DNA of 57,346 nt from Bacilli bacterium (GTDB lineage: Bacteria > Bacillota_I > Bacilli_A > RF39 > UBA660), in assembly GCA_022798795.1 (NCBI GenBank), contig JAAWNF010000003.1, positions 1 to 57,346 on the forward strand, read 5' to 3'. The first letter of the stretch is position 1. The number at the start of each line of letters is the position of its first letter. Under the pieces are notes generated by a model. The model ran no database searches. It had not been told where the DNA came from and saw only the letters and a list, made by a program, of their open reading frames with translations. This document shows, in pieces, positions 30,056-41,539 of the stretch. A program made the translations under genes and the position numbers.

Positions 30056-30424
30056 ATGATTCAACAAGAAAGCCGTTTAAAAGTTGCTGATAACTCAGGT
30101 GCACGTGAACTTTTAGTCATTCGTGTATTAGGTGGAAGCAAAGTTAAAACTGGTAATATTGGTGATATAGTTGTTGGAACTATTAAAAAAGCAACTCCTA
30201 ATGGTACAGTTGGACGTGGTAAGGTAGTGAAAGCTGTAATCGTTAGAAGTAAATTTGGTCTAAGAAGAGAAGATGGTTCTTATATTAAATTTGATGATAA
30301 TGCTTGCGTTATTATTAAAGATGATAAGAGCCCAGTTGGAACTCGTGTATTTGGACCAGTAGCACGTGAATTACGTGAAAAAGATTTTATGAAGATTGTA
30401 TCACTTGCAAAAGAAGTGCTATAG
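30056..30424 (+). CDS. rplN: 50S ribosomal protein L14
   Basis: [26 protein letters not shown]. Confidence 0.98.
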   Translation: MIQQESRLKVADNSGARELLVIRVLGGSKVKTGNIGDIVVGTIKKATPNGTVGRGKVVKAVIVRSKFGLRREDGSYIKFDDNACVIIKDDKSPVGTRVFGPVARELREKDFMKIVSLAKEVL

Positions 30425-30440
30425 TTTGGAGGGAAAAAGC

Positions 30441-30749
30441 ATGAACTTGAAAACTGGAGACAAAGTAGTAGTCATTGCTGGTTCTAATAAAGGAAAAGAA
30501 GGAACTATTACAAAAATTCTTCGTGATGAAAATAAAGTAATCATTGAAGGCGTAAATGTTCGTAAAAAGCATATCAAACCTCAAGGTGGAAATGCTGGAA
30601 GTATTGTAGAAATGGAAGCACCAATTGATGCTTCAAACGTTATGATACTAGATCCTAAAGCAAAAAAAGGAACTAGAATTGGACACACAGTAAATAAAGA
30701 AGGAAAGAAAGTTAGAGTTTGCAAAAAATCTAATGAAGTCCTTGACTAA
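30441..30749 (+). CDS. rplX: 50S ribosomal protein L24
   Basis: KTGDKVVVIAG.NKGKEG, EAPI.ASNV. The start is moved to ATG 30441. Confidence 0.97.
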   Translation: MNLKTGDKVVVIAGSNKGKEGTITKILRDENKVIIEGVNVRKKHIKPQGGNAGSIVEMEAPIDASNVMILDPKAKKGTRIGHTVNKEGKKVRVCKKSNEVLD

Positions 30750-30767
30750 TTGGAAGGAGGGTTAAGA

Positions 30768-31307
30768 GTGAACCGCCTAAAAGAAAAATATTTAAATGAA
30801 ATCGTACCAAGTTTAAGAGAAAAATATAATTACACAAGTATTATGGAAGTTCCAAAGTTAGATAAAATTGTAGTCAATATGGGAGTTGGAGATGCTGCAC
30901 ATAACAGTAAAATGTTAGAGGCTGCTATAGCAGACTTAGAAGCAATTACAGGACAAAAACCAGTTGCTACAACAGCAAAAAAAGCGATTGCTGGATTTAA
31001 ATTAAGAGAAGGTCAAGCAATTGGATGTAAAGTAACATTACGTGGAGAAAATATGTATAACTTCTTAGATAAATTAATTAGTATTACATTACCACGTGTA
31101 CGTGACTTTAGAGGAATTTCAAACAAATCATTTGATGGAAGAGGTAATTATACACTAGGATTGACTGAACAATTAATTTTCTCAGAAATCGAATACGATA
31201 ACGTTGTAAAAGTTCGTGGTATGGATATTGTATTTGTAACAACAGCTCGTACTAACGAAGAAGCACATGACTTATTAAAAGGTTTCGGAATGCCTTTTAA
31301 GAAATAG
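30768..31307 (+). CDS. rplE: 50S ribosomal protein L5
   Basis: [30 protein letters not shown] start at 30768 behind GGAGG. Confidence 0.97.
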   Translation: MNRLKEKYLNEIVPSLREKYNYTSIMEVPKLDKIVVNMGVGDAAHNSKMLEAAIADLEAITGQKPVATTAKKAIAGFKLREGQAIGCKVTLRGENMYNFLDKLISITLPRVRDFRGISNKSFDGRGNYTLGLTEQLIFSEIEYDNVVKVRGMDIVFVTTARTNEEAHDLLKGFGMPFKK

Positions 31308-31322
31308 TTATAGGAGGATATT

Positions 31323-31508
31323 ATGGCTAAAAAAAGTATGATAGTAAAAGCTAGTCGTAAACCAAAGTACAAAGTAAGAGAATATACACGTTGTCAAAGA
31401 TGTGGAAGACCTCATGCCGTACTTAGAAAATATGGGATTTGCCGTATTTGTTTTAGAGAATTAGCTTATAAAGGACAAATACCAGGGGTTACTAAATCTA
31501 GCTGGTAG
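31323..31508 (+). CDS. rpsZ: 30S ribosomal protein S14, Zn-binding type Z
   Basis: RCQRCGR...CRICFR (CxxC...CxxC). Confidence 0.97.
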   Translation: MAKKSMIVKASRKPKYKVREYTRCQRCGRPHAVLRKYGICRICFRELAYKGQIPGVTKSSW

Positions 31509-31525
31509 TAGATGGGAGGATATAT

Positions 31526-31921
31526 ATGGTAACAGATCCAATCGCAGATATGCTTACAAGAATACGTAATGCCAATCAAATGCGATACAAAGAAGTTGAA
31601 GTACCCGCTTCAAAAATGAAAACTGAAATTGCTAGAATCTTAAAAGAAACTGGGTTTATCAGTGATTACAAAGTAGCAAAAGTTGATAAGTTTGATGTTA
31701 TTACATTGAATTTAAAATATGGAGATAAAAAAGAACGCGTTATTACTGGACTTAAAAGAATTTCTAAACCAGGATTACGTGTATATGCTAAAGCAGAAGA
31801 AATCCCAAGTGTACTAAATGGGCTTGGAATTGCCATCATTTCTACTTCAAACGGAATTATGACTGATAAAGAAGCTAGAGAAAAATCATTAGGTGGAGAA
31901 GTTTTAGCTTATATTTGGTAG
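31526..31921 (+). CDS. rpsH: 30S ribosomal protein S8
   Basis: [32 protein letters not shown]. Confidence 0.98.
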   Translation: MVTDPIADMLTRIRNANQMRYKEVEVPASKMKTEIARILKETGFISDYKVAKVDKFDVITLNLKYGDKKERVITGLKRISKPGLRVYAKAEEIPSVLNGLGIAIISTSNGIMTDKEAREKSLGGEVLAYIW

Positions 31922-31939
31922 AAAGTTAGGAGGATTATT

Positions 31940-32470
31940 ATGAGTCGTATAGGAAATAGAGTATTAACTATACCAGAAAATGTTACAGTATCAAAAGATG
32001 GTAACGTTGTTACAGTAAAAGGTCCTAAAGGCGAACTTTCTACTGAAATTAACAACCACATCGACATTAAAGTAGATGGAAATGAATTAACAGTTACAAG
32101 AGAAAATGATAATTATAAAAATTTTCATGGTACTGCAAATGCAAACATTAGTAATATGATTGAAGGAGTAACTAACGGATTCAAAAAAGATTTAGAATCT
32201 CTTGGAGTAGGATATCGTTTTGCTTTAAAAGGAAAAGACTTAGTAGTAACTGCTGGGTATTCTCATCCTGTAGAAGTAAAAGTTCCAGAAGGAATTACAT
32301 TAGAATGTCCAAGTAATACAGAACTTACAATCAAAGGAATTGACAAATGTTTAGTTGGTGAATTTGCTGCTAATGTTAGAAAAATAAGAGAACCAGAACC
32401 ATATAAAGGGAAAGGTATTCGTTATAAAGATGAAATTGTTCGTCGTAAAGAAGGAAAGAAAGCATCTTAA
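31940..32470 (+). CDS. rplF: 50S ribosomal protein L6
   Basis: MSRIG, VKGPKG, GVGYR, PEPYKGKGI. Confidence 0.98.
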   Translation: MSRIGNRVLTIPENVTVSKDGNVVTVKGPKGELSTEINNHIDIKVDGNELTVTRENDNYKNFHGTANANISNMIEGVTNGFKKDLESLGVGYRFALKGKDLVVTAGYSHPVEVKVPEGITLECPSNTELTIKGIDKCLVGEFAANVRKIREPEPYKGKGIRYKDEIVRRKEGKKAS

Positions 32471-32499
32471 TATTTAAATAGTAAAGGAGAGTAATACTT

Positions 32500-32862
32500 A
32501 TGATTAAAAAAGTATCTCGTAACGATGTACGTAAAGCTAGACATGCACGTGTAAGATCTAAAGTAGCAGGAACTGTAAATACACCAAGATTAAATGTGTT
32601 TAGATCTAACGGAAACATTTTTGCACAAATCATCGATGATGAAGCATCTGTTACATTAGTAAGTGCGTCTTCTATCGATAAAGAGTTGAAACTAAAGAAT
32701 GGTGGAAACGTTGAAGCTGCAACTAAAGTAGGAGAATTACTTGCCAAAAGAGCAAAAGATGCAAAAATAAAAACTGTAGTTTTTGATAGAGGTGGATACC
32801 TATATCATGGTCGTGTAAAAGCTTTAGCTGAAGCTGCTCGCGAAAATGGATTAGAATTCTAA
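32500..32862 (+). CDS. rplR: 50S ribosomal protein L18
   Basis: [26 protein letters not shown]. Confidence 0.98.
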   Translation: MIKKVSRNDVRKARHARVRSKVAGTVNTPRLNVFRSNGNIFAQIIDDEASVTLVSASSIDKELKLKNGGNVEAATKVGELLAKRAKDAKIKTVVFDRGGYLYHGRVKALAEAARENGLEF

Positions 32863-32876
32863 AAGGAGGAAAACAC

Positions 32877-33380
32877 ATGGAAAATAGAAGAAGAGAACCA
32901 AGACCAAAACAATTCGAAGAAGAAGTAATTAATATTGGTCGTGTTACAAAAGTAACAAAAGGTGGTCGTCATTTCCGTTTCTCTGCTACTGTTGCTGTAG
33001 GAGATAGAAAAGGCCAAGTTGGACTTGGAACTGGAAAAGCAAACGAAGTACCAGACGCTATTAAAAAAGCTGTTGCAGCAGCAACTAAAAATGTAGTTAG
33101 AGTATCTATCGTTGATGGAACTATCCCTCATGAAGCAATTGGAGTAAGAGGAGCTAGTAGAGTTATGTTAAAACCTGCTTCTAAAGGTACTGGAGTAAAA
33201 GCTGGTGGACCTGTTAGAGCAGTATTAGAACTTGCTGGTGTAAAAGATATCTTATCAAAATCTCTTGGCTCAAATACAAAAATCAATATGGCATATGCAA
33301 CCCTTAATGCACTTAAATCACAAAGAACAATAGAAGAAGTAGCACGTTTACGTGGTAAAAAAGTAGAGGAGATCAGATAG
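32877..33380 (+). CDS. rpsE: 30S ribosomal protein S5
   Basis: [30 protein letters not shown]. Confidence 0.98.
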   Translation: MENRRREPRPKQFEEEVINIGRVTKVTKGGRHFRFSATVAVGDRKGQVGLGTGKANEVPDAIKKAVAAATKNVVRVSIVDGTIPHEAIGVRGASRVMLKPASKGTGVKAGGPVRAVLELAGVKDILSKSLGSNTKINMAYATLNALKSQRTIEEVARLRGKKVEEIR

Positions 33381-33381
33381 T

Positions 33382-33825
33382 ATGAAATTACATACAATGT
33401 ATCCAAATGAAGGCGCAACAAAAAAGCGTAAAATTGTTGGTCGTGGAACAAGCAGTGGACATGGAAAAACTGCTGGAAAAGGACATAAGGGTCAAAATGC
33501 AAGAAGTGGTGGAGGAGTAAGACCTGGATTTGAAGGAGGACAATTACCTTTATTCCGTCGTTTACCAAAAAGAGGTTTTACAAATGCCAGATTTAAAAAA
33601 GAATATGCTGTTATTAATTTAAGTGATTTAAACAAATTTGAAGATGGAGCAGTGATTACTCCAGAACTTCTAAAAGAGATGGGACTAGTTAAGAATCAAT
33701 TAGATGGAATTAAAGTATTAGGAAATGGTACATTAGAGAAAAAAGTAAATGTAAAAGCGCACAAATTCTCTACTGTAGCAAAAGAACAAATAGAAAAATT
33801 AGGTGGAAAAGCAGAGGTGATCTAA
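33382..33825 (+). CDS. rplO: 50S ribosomal protein L15
   Basis: [35 protein letters not shown]. Confidence 0.98.
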   Translation: MKLHTMYPNEGATKKRKIVGRGTSSGHGKTAGKGHKGQNARSGGGVRPGFEGGQLPLFRRLPKRGFTNARFKKEYAVINLSDLNKFEDGAVITPELLKEMGLVKNQLDGIKVLGNGTLEKKVNVKAHKFSTVAKEQIEKLGGKAEVI

Positions 33826-33826
33826 A

Positions 33827-35098
33827 ATGTTTGCAACAATGAAGCAAATATTTAATCCCAAGAATAAAGACTTAAGAAAGAGAATTTATTTTACTTTCTT
33901 CTGTTTATTTATTTTTAAACTAGGAACAACTATTATCGTTCCGGGAGTAAACTCATCTGCATTTGATGCCGGAAAGTTAGGGTTCTTAGAACTCATTAAT
34001 GCAATGGGTGGAGGAGCAATGGAGAAATTCTCTATCTTCTCATTAGGTGTAATGCCTTATATTACAGCATCTATTGTTATTCAATTATTACAAATGGATA
34101 TTGTTCCTTATTTAGCAGAACTTTCTAAACAAGGTGGAACAGGTAGAACAAAATTAAATCAAATTACAAGAGTAGTTGGAATTGCACTTGCATTTTTTCA
34201 AGGTTATTTATTTTCGTTTTCTGTAATCAAAGGAGGAACTCCAATTGATTACATGGAATTTGCTCTTATTTTAACAGCAGGAACTGCGTTCTTACTTTGG
34301 TTAGGAGACCAAATTACTGCAAAAGGAATAGGAAATGGAATCTCATTAATTATTATGGCTGGTATTATTGCAAGTCTTCCAACAATGTTTGTAAGTGCTT
34401 GGCAAAGTTTGATTGTAACCACTAGTACACAAGCATTAACTTTGGGAATTGTAAAATTTATACTTTTAGTAATTGTTTACTTAGCGATTGTGATTGGTGT
34501 AGTATTTGAGCAGAGTGCTGAAAGAAGAGTACCAATTCAATATGCCAATCGTTCTGTAAATAGTGTTGGAGCAAAAAATAGTTATATTCCATTTAAACTT
34601 AATTCTGCTGGTGTGGTACCTGTCATTTTCGCATCTGCGTTACTTTCAATACCTGCTATTATTGCACAGTTTGTGAAAAAAGATGGATTTACATTATTTG
34701 TAAATAAATGGCTAACGATGAGTAGTGGAACAGGACTTATCTTGTATATTCTATTAATTATCGGTTTTGCATATTTTTATACATATTTACAATTGAAACC
34801 AAAAGAATTAGCAGAAAATTTAAATAAAAATGGAGGATTTATTCCAGGAGTACGCCCAGGTGTGGATACAGAAAAATATGTGAGTGGAGTTTTAAATAAA
34901 ATCACAATTGTAGGTGCTATCTTTTTAGCATTTATAGCGGGACTTCCACTTGTGTTCGGTTCTATATCAAGTTTGCCAACAAGTGTACAACTTGGTGGAA
35001 CAGGGCTTTTGATTGTTGTTGGTGTAGCACTTGAAACATATAAACAAATGGAAAGTCAATTAATAAGCCGAGGGTATAAGAGAGGAAGAAGAAGGTAA
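33827..35098 (+). CDS. secY: Preprotein translocase SecY
   Basis: SIFSLGVMPYITASI, GIGNGISLII, FIPGVRPG, GGTGLLIVVGVA. Confidence 0.98.
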   Translation: MFATMKQIFNPKNKDLRKRIYFTFFCLFIFKLGTTIIVPGVNSSAFDAGKLGFLELINAMGGGAMEKFSIFSLGVMPYITASIVIQLLQMDIVPYLAELSKQGGTGRTKLNQITRVVGIALAFFQGYLFSFSVIKGGTPIDYMEFALILTAGTAFLLWLGDQITAKGIGNGISLIIMAGIIASLPTMFVSAWQSLIVTTSTQALTLGIVKFILLVIVYLAIVIGVVFEQSAERRVPIQYANRSVNSVGAKNSYIPFKLNSAGVVPVIFASALLSIPAIIAQFVKKDGFTLFVNKWLTMSSGTGLILYILLIIGFAYFYTYLQLKPKELAENLNKNGGFIPGVRPGVDTEKYVSGVLNKITIVGAIFLAFIAGLPLVFGSISSLPTSVQLGGTGLLIVVGVALETYKQMESQLISRGYKRGRRR

Positions 35099-35099
35099 T

Positions 35100-35765
35100 A
35101 TGGAAAGCATTATCTTTATCGCTCCTCCAGCAGCAGGAAAAGGCACACAATCAAAAATGTTGTGTGATGCTTATCATATTCCTCATATTTCTACTGGAGA
35201 CCTTCTTCGTGAAGCTTCTCTAGTAGAAGACGCAAGAGGGATATATATTAAAAATCAAATTAGCAGTGGAGCTTTGGTTAGTGATGAAATAATTTTAGAA
35301 TTATTAAAGGAACGATTGAAACAAAGTGACTGTAATAATGGTTATATCTTAGATGGTTTTCCTAGAAACATAGAACAAGCACAAGCCTATGAAGGAATTT
35401 TGGAAGAACTAAATAAGAAATTAGGAATTGTAATTTATCTTGAAGTAGATAAGAAACTTGCTTCTAAAAGGATTGAAGGTAGAATGAGTTGTCCAAATTG
35501 TGGTTCAGTTTATAATACCATTATAGAGGAAGCAAAACCAAAACAAGATGGCATTTGTGACCGTTGTGGTCAGACTCTTATCAAAAGAGGAGATGATAAC
35601 AGCGAAACATTCGGAATACGCTATGATACATATTTAGAGAAAACAAATCCTTTGATAAAATATTATGAGGATAAAAAAGTATTATATCGTGTTTCTAGTG
35701 CAAATAACAAAAATGAAACATTTCAGGAAATTTCTTCTATTTTAAAGAGGAGTAACGAATTATGA
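35100..35765 (+). CDS. adk: Adenylate kinase with a Zn-binding lid
   Basis: PPAAGKGTQ, HISTGDLLR, LDGFPR, CPNC...CDRC. Confidence 0.97.
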   Translation: MESIIFIAPPAAGKGTQSKMLCDAYHIPHISTGDLLREASLVEDARGIYIKNQISSGALVSDEIILELLKERLKQSDCNNGYILDGFPRNIEQAQAYEGILEELNKKLGIVIYLEVDKKLASKRIEGRMSCPNCGSVYNTIIEEAKPKQDGICDRCGQTLIKRGDDNSETFGIRYDTYLEKTNPLIKYYEDKKVLYRVSSANNKNETFQEISSILKRSNEL

Positions 35766-36508
35766 TTCCAATTAAAAGTGAAAGAGAAATAGAGCTTCTA
35801 AAAATAGCTGGAGAGATAACTGGAGATACTCATAATTATTTGAAATCTTTTATTAAACCAGGTATTACAACAAAAGAGCTTGACACACTTGCTTATGAAT
35901 ATATAATAAGCAGAGGGGCAACTCCCTCATTCAAAAATTACGATGGTTTTCCAGGAAGTATTTGTACGTCTATCAATGATGAAGTTGTACATGGGATTCC
36001 AGGAAATCGAAAATTAAAAAATGGTGACATAATTTCTATCGATATTGGAGCATGCTATAAAGGTTATCATGGTGATTCAGCATGGACTTATCCAGTTGGA
36101 GAAATTGATAATCGTTTAAAAAAACTTCTTGAGCAAACAGAGGAATCTTTATTTGCAGGACTTTCTGTTATTAAAGAAGGTGTACATGTTGGGGATATCG
36201 GAAACGCCGTAAGTGAAGTTGCTAATAAACATCACTTAGGGGTAGTAAAAGAGCTAGTTGGTCATGGTGTGGGAAGTAATGTCCATGAAGAACCAGATGT
36301 ACCAAACTATGGAAAAAAGAATACTGGACCTATCTTAAAAGAAGGAATGGTTATTGCTGTAGAACCAATGTTAAATCTAGGGACTCCAAATATTTTTTTA
36401 GAGGATGATGATTGGACGATTGTTACAGCAGATGGTGAACCTTCTGCACACTTTGAACATACTGTTCTAGTTACCAAAGATGGGTATCAAATTTTGACAA
36501 AGAGGTGA
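35762..36508 (+). CDS. map: Methionine aminopeptidase type I
   Basis: SINDEVVHGIP, DIG...GYHGDSA, GHG.G, EPM, SAHFEHT. Confidence 0.97.
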   Translation: MIPIKSEREIELLKIAGEITGDTHNYLKSFIKPGITTKELDTLAYEYIISRGATPSFKNYDGFPGSICTSINDEVVHGIPGNRKLKNGDIISIDIGACYKGYHGDSAWTYPVGEIDNRLKKLLEQTEESLFAGLSVIKEGVHVGDIGNAVSEVANKHHLGVVKELVGHGVGSNVHEEPDVPNYGKKNTGPILKEGMVIAVEPMLNLGTPNIFLEDDDWTIVTADGEPSAHFEHTVLVTKDGYQILTKR

Positions 36509-36512
36509 TTAG

Positions 36513-36728
36513 ATGGCAAAAACAGACGTAATTGAAGTTGAAGGTAAAGTATTAGAAGTATTACCAGGCGGAAAATTCAGAGTGGAATTAGAGAATAAGC
36601 ATATTATAATTGCCCACGTTTCTGGTAAAATCCGAATGAATTATATTCGCATTTTAGCAGGTGATAAAGTCACTGTGGAAATGTCACCATATGATTTAAA
36701 ATGTGGGCGAATAACCTATAGAAAGTAG
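36513..36728 (+). CDS. infA: Translation initiation factor IF-1
   Basis: SGKIR.NYIRIL.GDKV.VE.SPYDL. Confidence 0.97.
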   Translation: MAKTDVIEVEGKVLEVLPGGKFRVELENKHIIIAHVSGKIRMNYIRILAGDKVTVEMSPYDLKCGRITYRK

Positions 36729-36739
36729 GAGGGATTTAT

Positions 36740-36853
36740 ATGAAAGTAAGACCATCAGTAAAAAAAATGTGCGAAAATTGCAAAATAATTAGACGTAATG
36801 GAAAAGTACAAGTAATTTGTACAAATCCAAAACATAAACAAAGACAAGGGTAA
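36740..36853 (+). CDS. rpmJ: 50S ribosomal protein L36 (37 aa, not in the ORF track)
   Basis: [37 protein letters not shown]. Confidence 0.97.
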   Translation: MKVRPSVKKMCENCKIIRRNGKVQVICTNPKHKQRQG

Positions 36854-36868
36854 TATAGGAGGTGTTTT

Positions 36869-37234
36869 ATGGCACGTATTAAAGGTGTAGATATACCAAA
36901 TAATAAGAGAATTGAAATTGCTTTAACTTATATTTATGGTGTTGGAAGAAGCTTATCTAATACAATTTTAAAAGAAGCTAAAATCGACATCAATAAAAAA
37001 GCAGGAGATTTAACAAATGATGAATTAGTTAAAGTTCGTGATGTTTTAAATAAATATCAGACAGAAGGAGACTTACGTCGTGAAGTTAATATGAACATCA
37101 AAACAAAGATGGAAATCAATTCTTACGAAGGAACTCGTCATAAAAAAGGGTTGCCAGTAAGAGGACAAAGAACAAATCGTAATGCAAGAACTCGTAAAGG
37201 TAAAGGAAAAGTAGTTGCAAATAAGAAAAAATAA
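36869..37234 (+). CDS. rpsM: 30S ribosomal protein S13
   Basis: [27 protein letters not shown]. Confidence 0.98.
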   Translation: MARIKGVDIPNNKRIEIALTYIYGVGRSLSNTILKEAKIDINKKAGDLTNDELVKVRDVLNKYQTEGDLRREVNMNIKTKMEINSYEGTRHKKGLPVRGQRTNRNARTRKGKGKVVANKKK

Positions 37235-37261
37235 TGCAAACGAATAAAGGAGGTTATAAAC

Positions 37262-37645
37262 ATGGCTTATAAACCAAGAAAACGTAAAGTGAAAAAGAAT
37301 GTGCCAGAAGGTAAAGCTTTTATTCATTCTACATTCAATAACACAATTGTAACAATTAGTGATAAAGATGGAAATGCAATTAGCTGGGCTTCAGCAGGAA
37401 CATTAGGATTCAAAGGAAGTAAAAAATCAACTCCATTTGCTGCAGGAATGTCTGCAGAAGCAGCAGGAAAAGCAGCTGTAGAAATGGGTATGAAAAAAGT
37501 TGAAGTTTTCGTAAAAGGATTAGGTTCTGGAAGAGAAACAGCAATTCGTTCATTACAAACTGCTGGATTAGAAATTACTTCAATTTCTGATGTGACACCT
37601 ATTCCACATAATGGATGTCGTCCACCAAAACGTCCACGTGGATAA
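37262..37645 (+). CDS. rpsK: 30S ribosomal protein S11
   Basis: [31 protein letters not shown]. Confidence 0.98.
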   Translation: MAYKPRKRKVKKNVPEGKAFIHSTFNNTIVTISDKDGNAISWASAGTLGFKGSKKSTPFAAGMSAEAAGKAAVEMGMKKVEVFVKGLGSGRETAIRSLQTAGLEITSISDVTPIPHNGCRPPKRPRG

Positions 37646-37662
37646 TGAAAGGGAGTGATTGA

Positions 37663-38613
37663 GTGTTAAACTTTGAAAAACCAATTTATAAAATAACAGA
37701 ATATGTTGAAAATAATAATTTTGGAAAATTTGAATTAGAACCTTTAGAAAGAGGATTTGGAACAACAATTGGTAATGCACTTAGAAGAGTTATGCTTTCT
37801 AGTATGCCAGGAAGTGCTATTGTAGCAGTTAAAATTGAAGGAGTTATGCATGAATTCCAATCAATGGATGGAGTAGTAGAAGATGTAACAACAATCGTAT
37901 TAAATCTAAAAAATGTAGTAGTAAAAAATCACTCTAATGAAGATAAAATATTACATTTATCAGTAAATGAAGAAAGAGTTGTAACAGCAGCAGATATAGA
38001 GGCAGATGCTGATATTGAAATTATTAACCCAGAGCAAATAATTGCAACTTTATCAAAAGGTGGAAAACTAGAAATGGAACTTATTGTAGCGAATGGTCGT
38101 GGATATGTTCCATCTAATGAAAATAAAAAGTATGTAGAGAATAATAAAGTAGGTTATATTCCAATAGATGCTCTATATTCGCCTATTGAAAGAATTAGTT
38201 ATGATGTGGATAATGCTCGTGTTGGACAAGATGCAAGTTATGATAAGTTAATGATGAATGTTACAACAAATGGTTCTATTCGCCCAGAAGAGGCAATGGC
38301 ATTGGGCGCAAAAATTTTGATTGAACACTTAAATATCATTACAGATTTGAGTGAGATTGCTGATGTAACAGGAATTATGAATGCAAAACAAGAAGATAGT
38401 AAATTGAAAAAATTAGAAACATCAATTGACGATTTAGATTTCTCTGTTCGTGCATATAACTGTTTAAAAAGAGCAGGAGTAAATACTTTGGGTGATTTAA
38501 CAGAAAAATCAGAGTTAGAAATGATGAAAATTCGTAATCTAGGTAAAAAATCTTTGAAAGAAGTTATGGATAAGATTAAAGATATGGGACTTAGATTCCG
38601 TGATGAAGATTAA
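37663..38613 (+). CDS. rpoA: RNA polymerase alpha subunit
   Basis: [42 protein letters not shown]. Confidence 0.98.
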   Translation: MLNFEKPIYKITEYVENNNFGKFELEPLERGFGTTIGNALRRVMLSSMPGSAIVAVKIEGVMHEFQSMDGVVEDVTTIVLNLKNVVVKNHSNEDKILHLSVNEERVVTAADIEADADIEIINPEQIIATLSKGGKLEMELIVANGRGYVPSNENKKYVENNKVGYIPIDALYSPIERISYDVDNARVGQDASYDKLMMNVTTNGSIRPEEAMALGAKILIEHLNIITDLSEIADVTGIMNAKQEDSKLKKLETSIDDLDFSVRAYNCLKRAGVNTLGDLTEKSELEMMKIRNLGKKSLKEVMDKIKDMGLRFRDED

Positions 38614-38630
38614 TAGTTAGGAGGAATAAT

Positions 38631-38987
38631 ATGGCTTATAGAAAATTAGGACGTACTAATAAACATAGAAGAAGCATGCTTGCTAACCTAACAAAAGACC
38701 TAATCATGAATGAAAGCATTAAAACAACAGAACCTAGAGCCAAAGAAGTTCGTAAGTTTGTTGATAAAATGATTACATATGGTAAAGATGGTTCATTAGT
38801 TGCAAGAAGAAAAGCATTGGCCTTCTTACAAAATGATAATACTGTTGTAAAGAAAGTATTTGATGTTTTAGCCCCTCGTTATGCAAATCGTAATGGTGGG
38901 TATACAAGAATTTTAAAATTAGGAGAACGTAGAGGTGACGATGCGTTAGAAGTAATTTTAGAACTTGTTGAGGAAGATGCAAAATAA
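38631..38987 (+). CDS. rplQ: 50S ribosomal protein L17
   Basis: YRKLGR...[17 protein letters not shown]. Confidence 0.98.
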   Translation: MAYRKLGRTNKHRRSMLANLTKDLIMNESIKTTEPRAKEVRKFVDKMITYGKDGSLVARRKALAFLQNDNTVVKKVFDVLAPRYANRNGGYTRILKLGERRGDDALEVILELVEEDAK

Positions 38988-39000
38988 GCATCTTTTTTTT
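38974..39000 (+). terminator. Terminator of the S10-spc-alpha operon
   Basis: agatgc-aaaataa-gcatct plus T8. Confidence 0.8.
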
Positions 39001-39053
39001 GCTGAAAAAAAGCTTTCTTATGATATAATAGTGAATAGAATAGGGGTGTAGAA

Positions 39054-40478
39054 ATGAAAAATAGAGCAGTGGTAATTTTAAAGTTTATGACAAGTTTAGT
39101 AATCATCTTAATCGGAGTTGTTATATGGTTATTTCTAAACCAACCAAAAAAAGCCAAAGAAATTCTTCCAACAGAACCAGAGGTAAAAAATGAAGTCTTA
39201 GATATTAATAGTGAACTTGTAAAAAAACTTCCTTATCCAAATATGCAAGAGAAATGTAATACTGTTGAAATGATGGGAAGATATAATGAAAAAGTTTTCA
39301 AAGTAGAAGATATTGAATTAGCAGAAAAGATGGATACAGCATATAAAAAAATGACTGATAATCAAGAAAAATCGATTAGCGCAGAAGATATGCAAAAGTA
39401 TACAGAAATGTATTGGGGAAAAGTAGATGATTATAAAAATTTTACATTTTCTATTAATAATACAAATTATTCTTATGATGAAGAAGAAAATGTTTATTAT
39501 ATTGAAAGAGAAGAAGAAGAGAATTGTGAAGTTACAATTTATGCAAAACGTTTTATGCCTGTGTTGCTAAATGCAGAAAGAATAGAAAATCAAATTGTTT
39601 TAGACTATGTAATAGTATATTACATTGAAGATTCTAGTAATAAAGAAAAGATTGTTTATCATATTTATCAGGACAAAGGATTTACAAATCATTTAGAAAC
39701 AGTAGAAGAAAAAGAAAGTAGTTTAAAAGATATTGCCTCAAAAAATAAATCAAAATTAGAACATTATACATTTATTTTTAAAGAAGAGAATAATAACTTT
39801 TATTTTGCTGAAGGAAAAAAGAATCAGGAATTTGAAAGTTTGGAAGAATTGACATCATTACCAGAAAATCTTAATTTATTATCATTAGAAGAATTTTGTT
39901 TTGATTTTAATGAACAAAGTGTGTATCAAAAGAACCATTTTTCAATAGAAAACATAGATGAAAGAACTAGATTATTATTGGCATTCTATGATTCTTATAA
40001 AAAGGAACTTTTTGATAAGGAAGAAGTTCGATTTGAAGATAGAATAGAATATGTTTTTAATAAGGATGAAGTAAAGACGATTTATCAAAATTTTTGGGGA
40101 GAAGATTTAAATTTTGAATTAGAAAATTTTAAACAATTTAATTATGAGGGGATATTAGAAGATAATCAATATCGTTTCATTATTAATACTGAAGAAACAG
40201 TTTGTGCTACTACAAGAAAATATGTAGAATTAAAACAAGAAAAAATATATCAAAAGGAAGATATAATTTATATAGATTATAAAATAAGATTTATTGATAG
40301 AGAAAAAAATAATTTGAGTATTTATCAAGAGCGAACTTATAATAGTTCCATAAAAGAAAACATCAGAAAAAAAGATATTTATGAGGAATATTGGGATTTA
40401 GAGTATATAACATATCGTTATGTGTTTAAAAAACAAAAAGATGGAAAATATTATTTTTTAGAAGGACTTTATATTTAA
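39054..40478 (+). CDS. Hypothetical membrane-anchored acidic protein with two tandem similar domains
   Basis: N-terminal TM helix; both halves end in similar motifs (HYTFIFKEENNNFYF and YRYVFKKQKDGKYYF). Terminator at 40477-40501. Confidence 0.75.
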   Translation: MKNRAVVILKFMTSLVIILIGVVIWLFLNQPKKAKEILPTEPEVKNEVLDINSELVKKLPYPNMQEKCNTVEMMGRYNEKVFKVEDIELAEKMDTAYKKMTDNQEKSISAEDMQKYTEMYWGKVDDYKNFTFSINNTNYSYDEEENVYYIEREEEENCEVTIYAKRFMPVLLNAERIENQIVLDYVIVYYIEDSSNKEKIVYHIYQDKGFTNHLETVEEKESSLKDIASKNKSKLEHYTFIFKEENNNFYFAEGKKNQEFESLEELTSLPENLNLLSLEEFCFDFNEQSVYQKNHFSIENIDERTRLLLAFYDSYKKELFDKEEVRFEDRIEYVFNKDEVKTIYQNFWGEDLNFELENFKQFNYEGILEDNQYRFIINTEETVCATTRKYVELKQEKIYQKEDIIYIDYKIRFIDREKNNLSIYQERTYNSSIKENIRKKDIYEEYWDLEYITYRYVFKKQKDGKYYFLEGLYI

Positions 40479-40614
40479 GACTACTTTGTAGTCTTTTTTT
40501 TGTAAAATCTGTTTGGTCATTTTTAAACATTTCATTCAAAAACAACACTATTTTTAAATTTTCGTCATTTGCTTTTCTGGGAAGATTTTGGTATAGTTTG
40601 TCTGAGGTGATAAA

Positions 40615-41148
40615 GTGAAAGAAAAAGATATTCATTTTTTTAGAGATAATGTAGATATACTAGAAAAATTTTTAGAATATTTGTGGAAAACTCCTATCAA
40701 AGTCAAAGAAAAAATAATATATACTGAGGAAAAATTATTTACTATTGATTTCATAACGGAAAAAGAAGAAAGTATAAAAATGAAGGCAAAACTAGAGTGG
40801 ATAGCAGGAGAATTAATAGTGAGATTGAAATATAACTCTTATAAGGATAGAAAATCTGATGGTATAAAAAATAGTTTATTATTATCTTTTTGCTATAAAT
40901 GTCCAGAAGAATTGGGACTTTGTAATCAATATGGATTATATAGAAAAGAAGATATAAAAAATTTAGAATCATTGAATGATATTGATTTAATTCATAAATA
41001 TCAAATAGAAAAAAACATATTAGGAAATAATCAAATTTTTATATTTAATATGAATAAAATAAGAGAACACTGTAGTGATAAAGTATTAGACCAAATTTTG
41101 CAAGAGTTTAATAAATCAATTAAAGATAGTTTGTATCAAGATAATTAA
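40615..41148 (+). CDS. Hypothetical protein
   Basis: 177-aa ORF, GTG start behind gaggtg; promoter TTGCTT-17-TATAGT upstream. Confidence 0.65.
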   Translation: MKEKDIHFFRDNVDILEKFLEYLWKTPIKVKEKIIYTEEKLFTIDFITEKEESIKMKAKLEWIAGELIVRLKYNSYKDRKSDGIKNSLLLSFCYKCPEELGLCNQYGLYRKEDIKNLESLNDIDLIHKYQIEKNILGNNQIFIFNMNKIREHCSDKVLDQILQEFNKSIKDSLYQDN

Positions 41149-41199
41149 GCCTTCCTTGCATTCTAAAAATATTTATAATATAATTTAATTGGTGAGAAT

Positions 41200-41538
41200 A
41201 TGGATTTAAAAAATCAGAATATGTTTGGAAATCAAGTATTTCAAAAACAAGTTAACTTTAATCAAAACCCTTCTTTATCAAGAACAGTATCAGAATTGAA
41301 AGCAATGTCTGTAGACCCAACTAAAAAAAACCAAGTTTTAAGTTCTTTAAATCGTTTCCAAGGACAAATGAGTCAAAGAGATTATAATGAAATTTTATCA
41401 AATGTAAAAAGTATCAATGAAAGTAAAACATTAGATAATAATCATGCATTAGAAAACAGAAAAACGATTAGTGAGCAAGACTACCAAAGAACAGTAGATG
41501 ACTTAAAACGATTAGAACATGAAGTGAGGTATAAATAA
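41200..41538 (+). CDS. Hypothetical Q/N-rich protein
   Basis: 112-aa ORF; TTGCAT-17-TATAAT promoter; stops 1 nt before the next ATG. Confidence 0.7.
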   Translation: MDLKNQNMFGNQVFQKQVNFNQNPSLSRTVSELKAMSVDPTKKNQVLSSLNRFQGQMSQRDYNEILSNVKSINESKTLDNNHALENRKTISEQDYQRTVDDLKRLEHEVRYK

Positions 41539-41539
41539 T

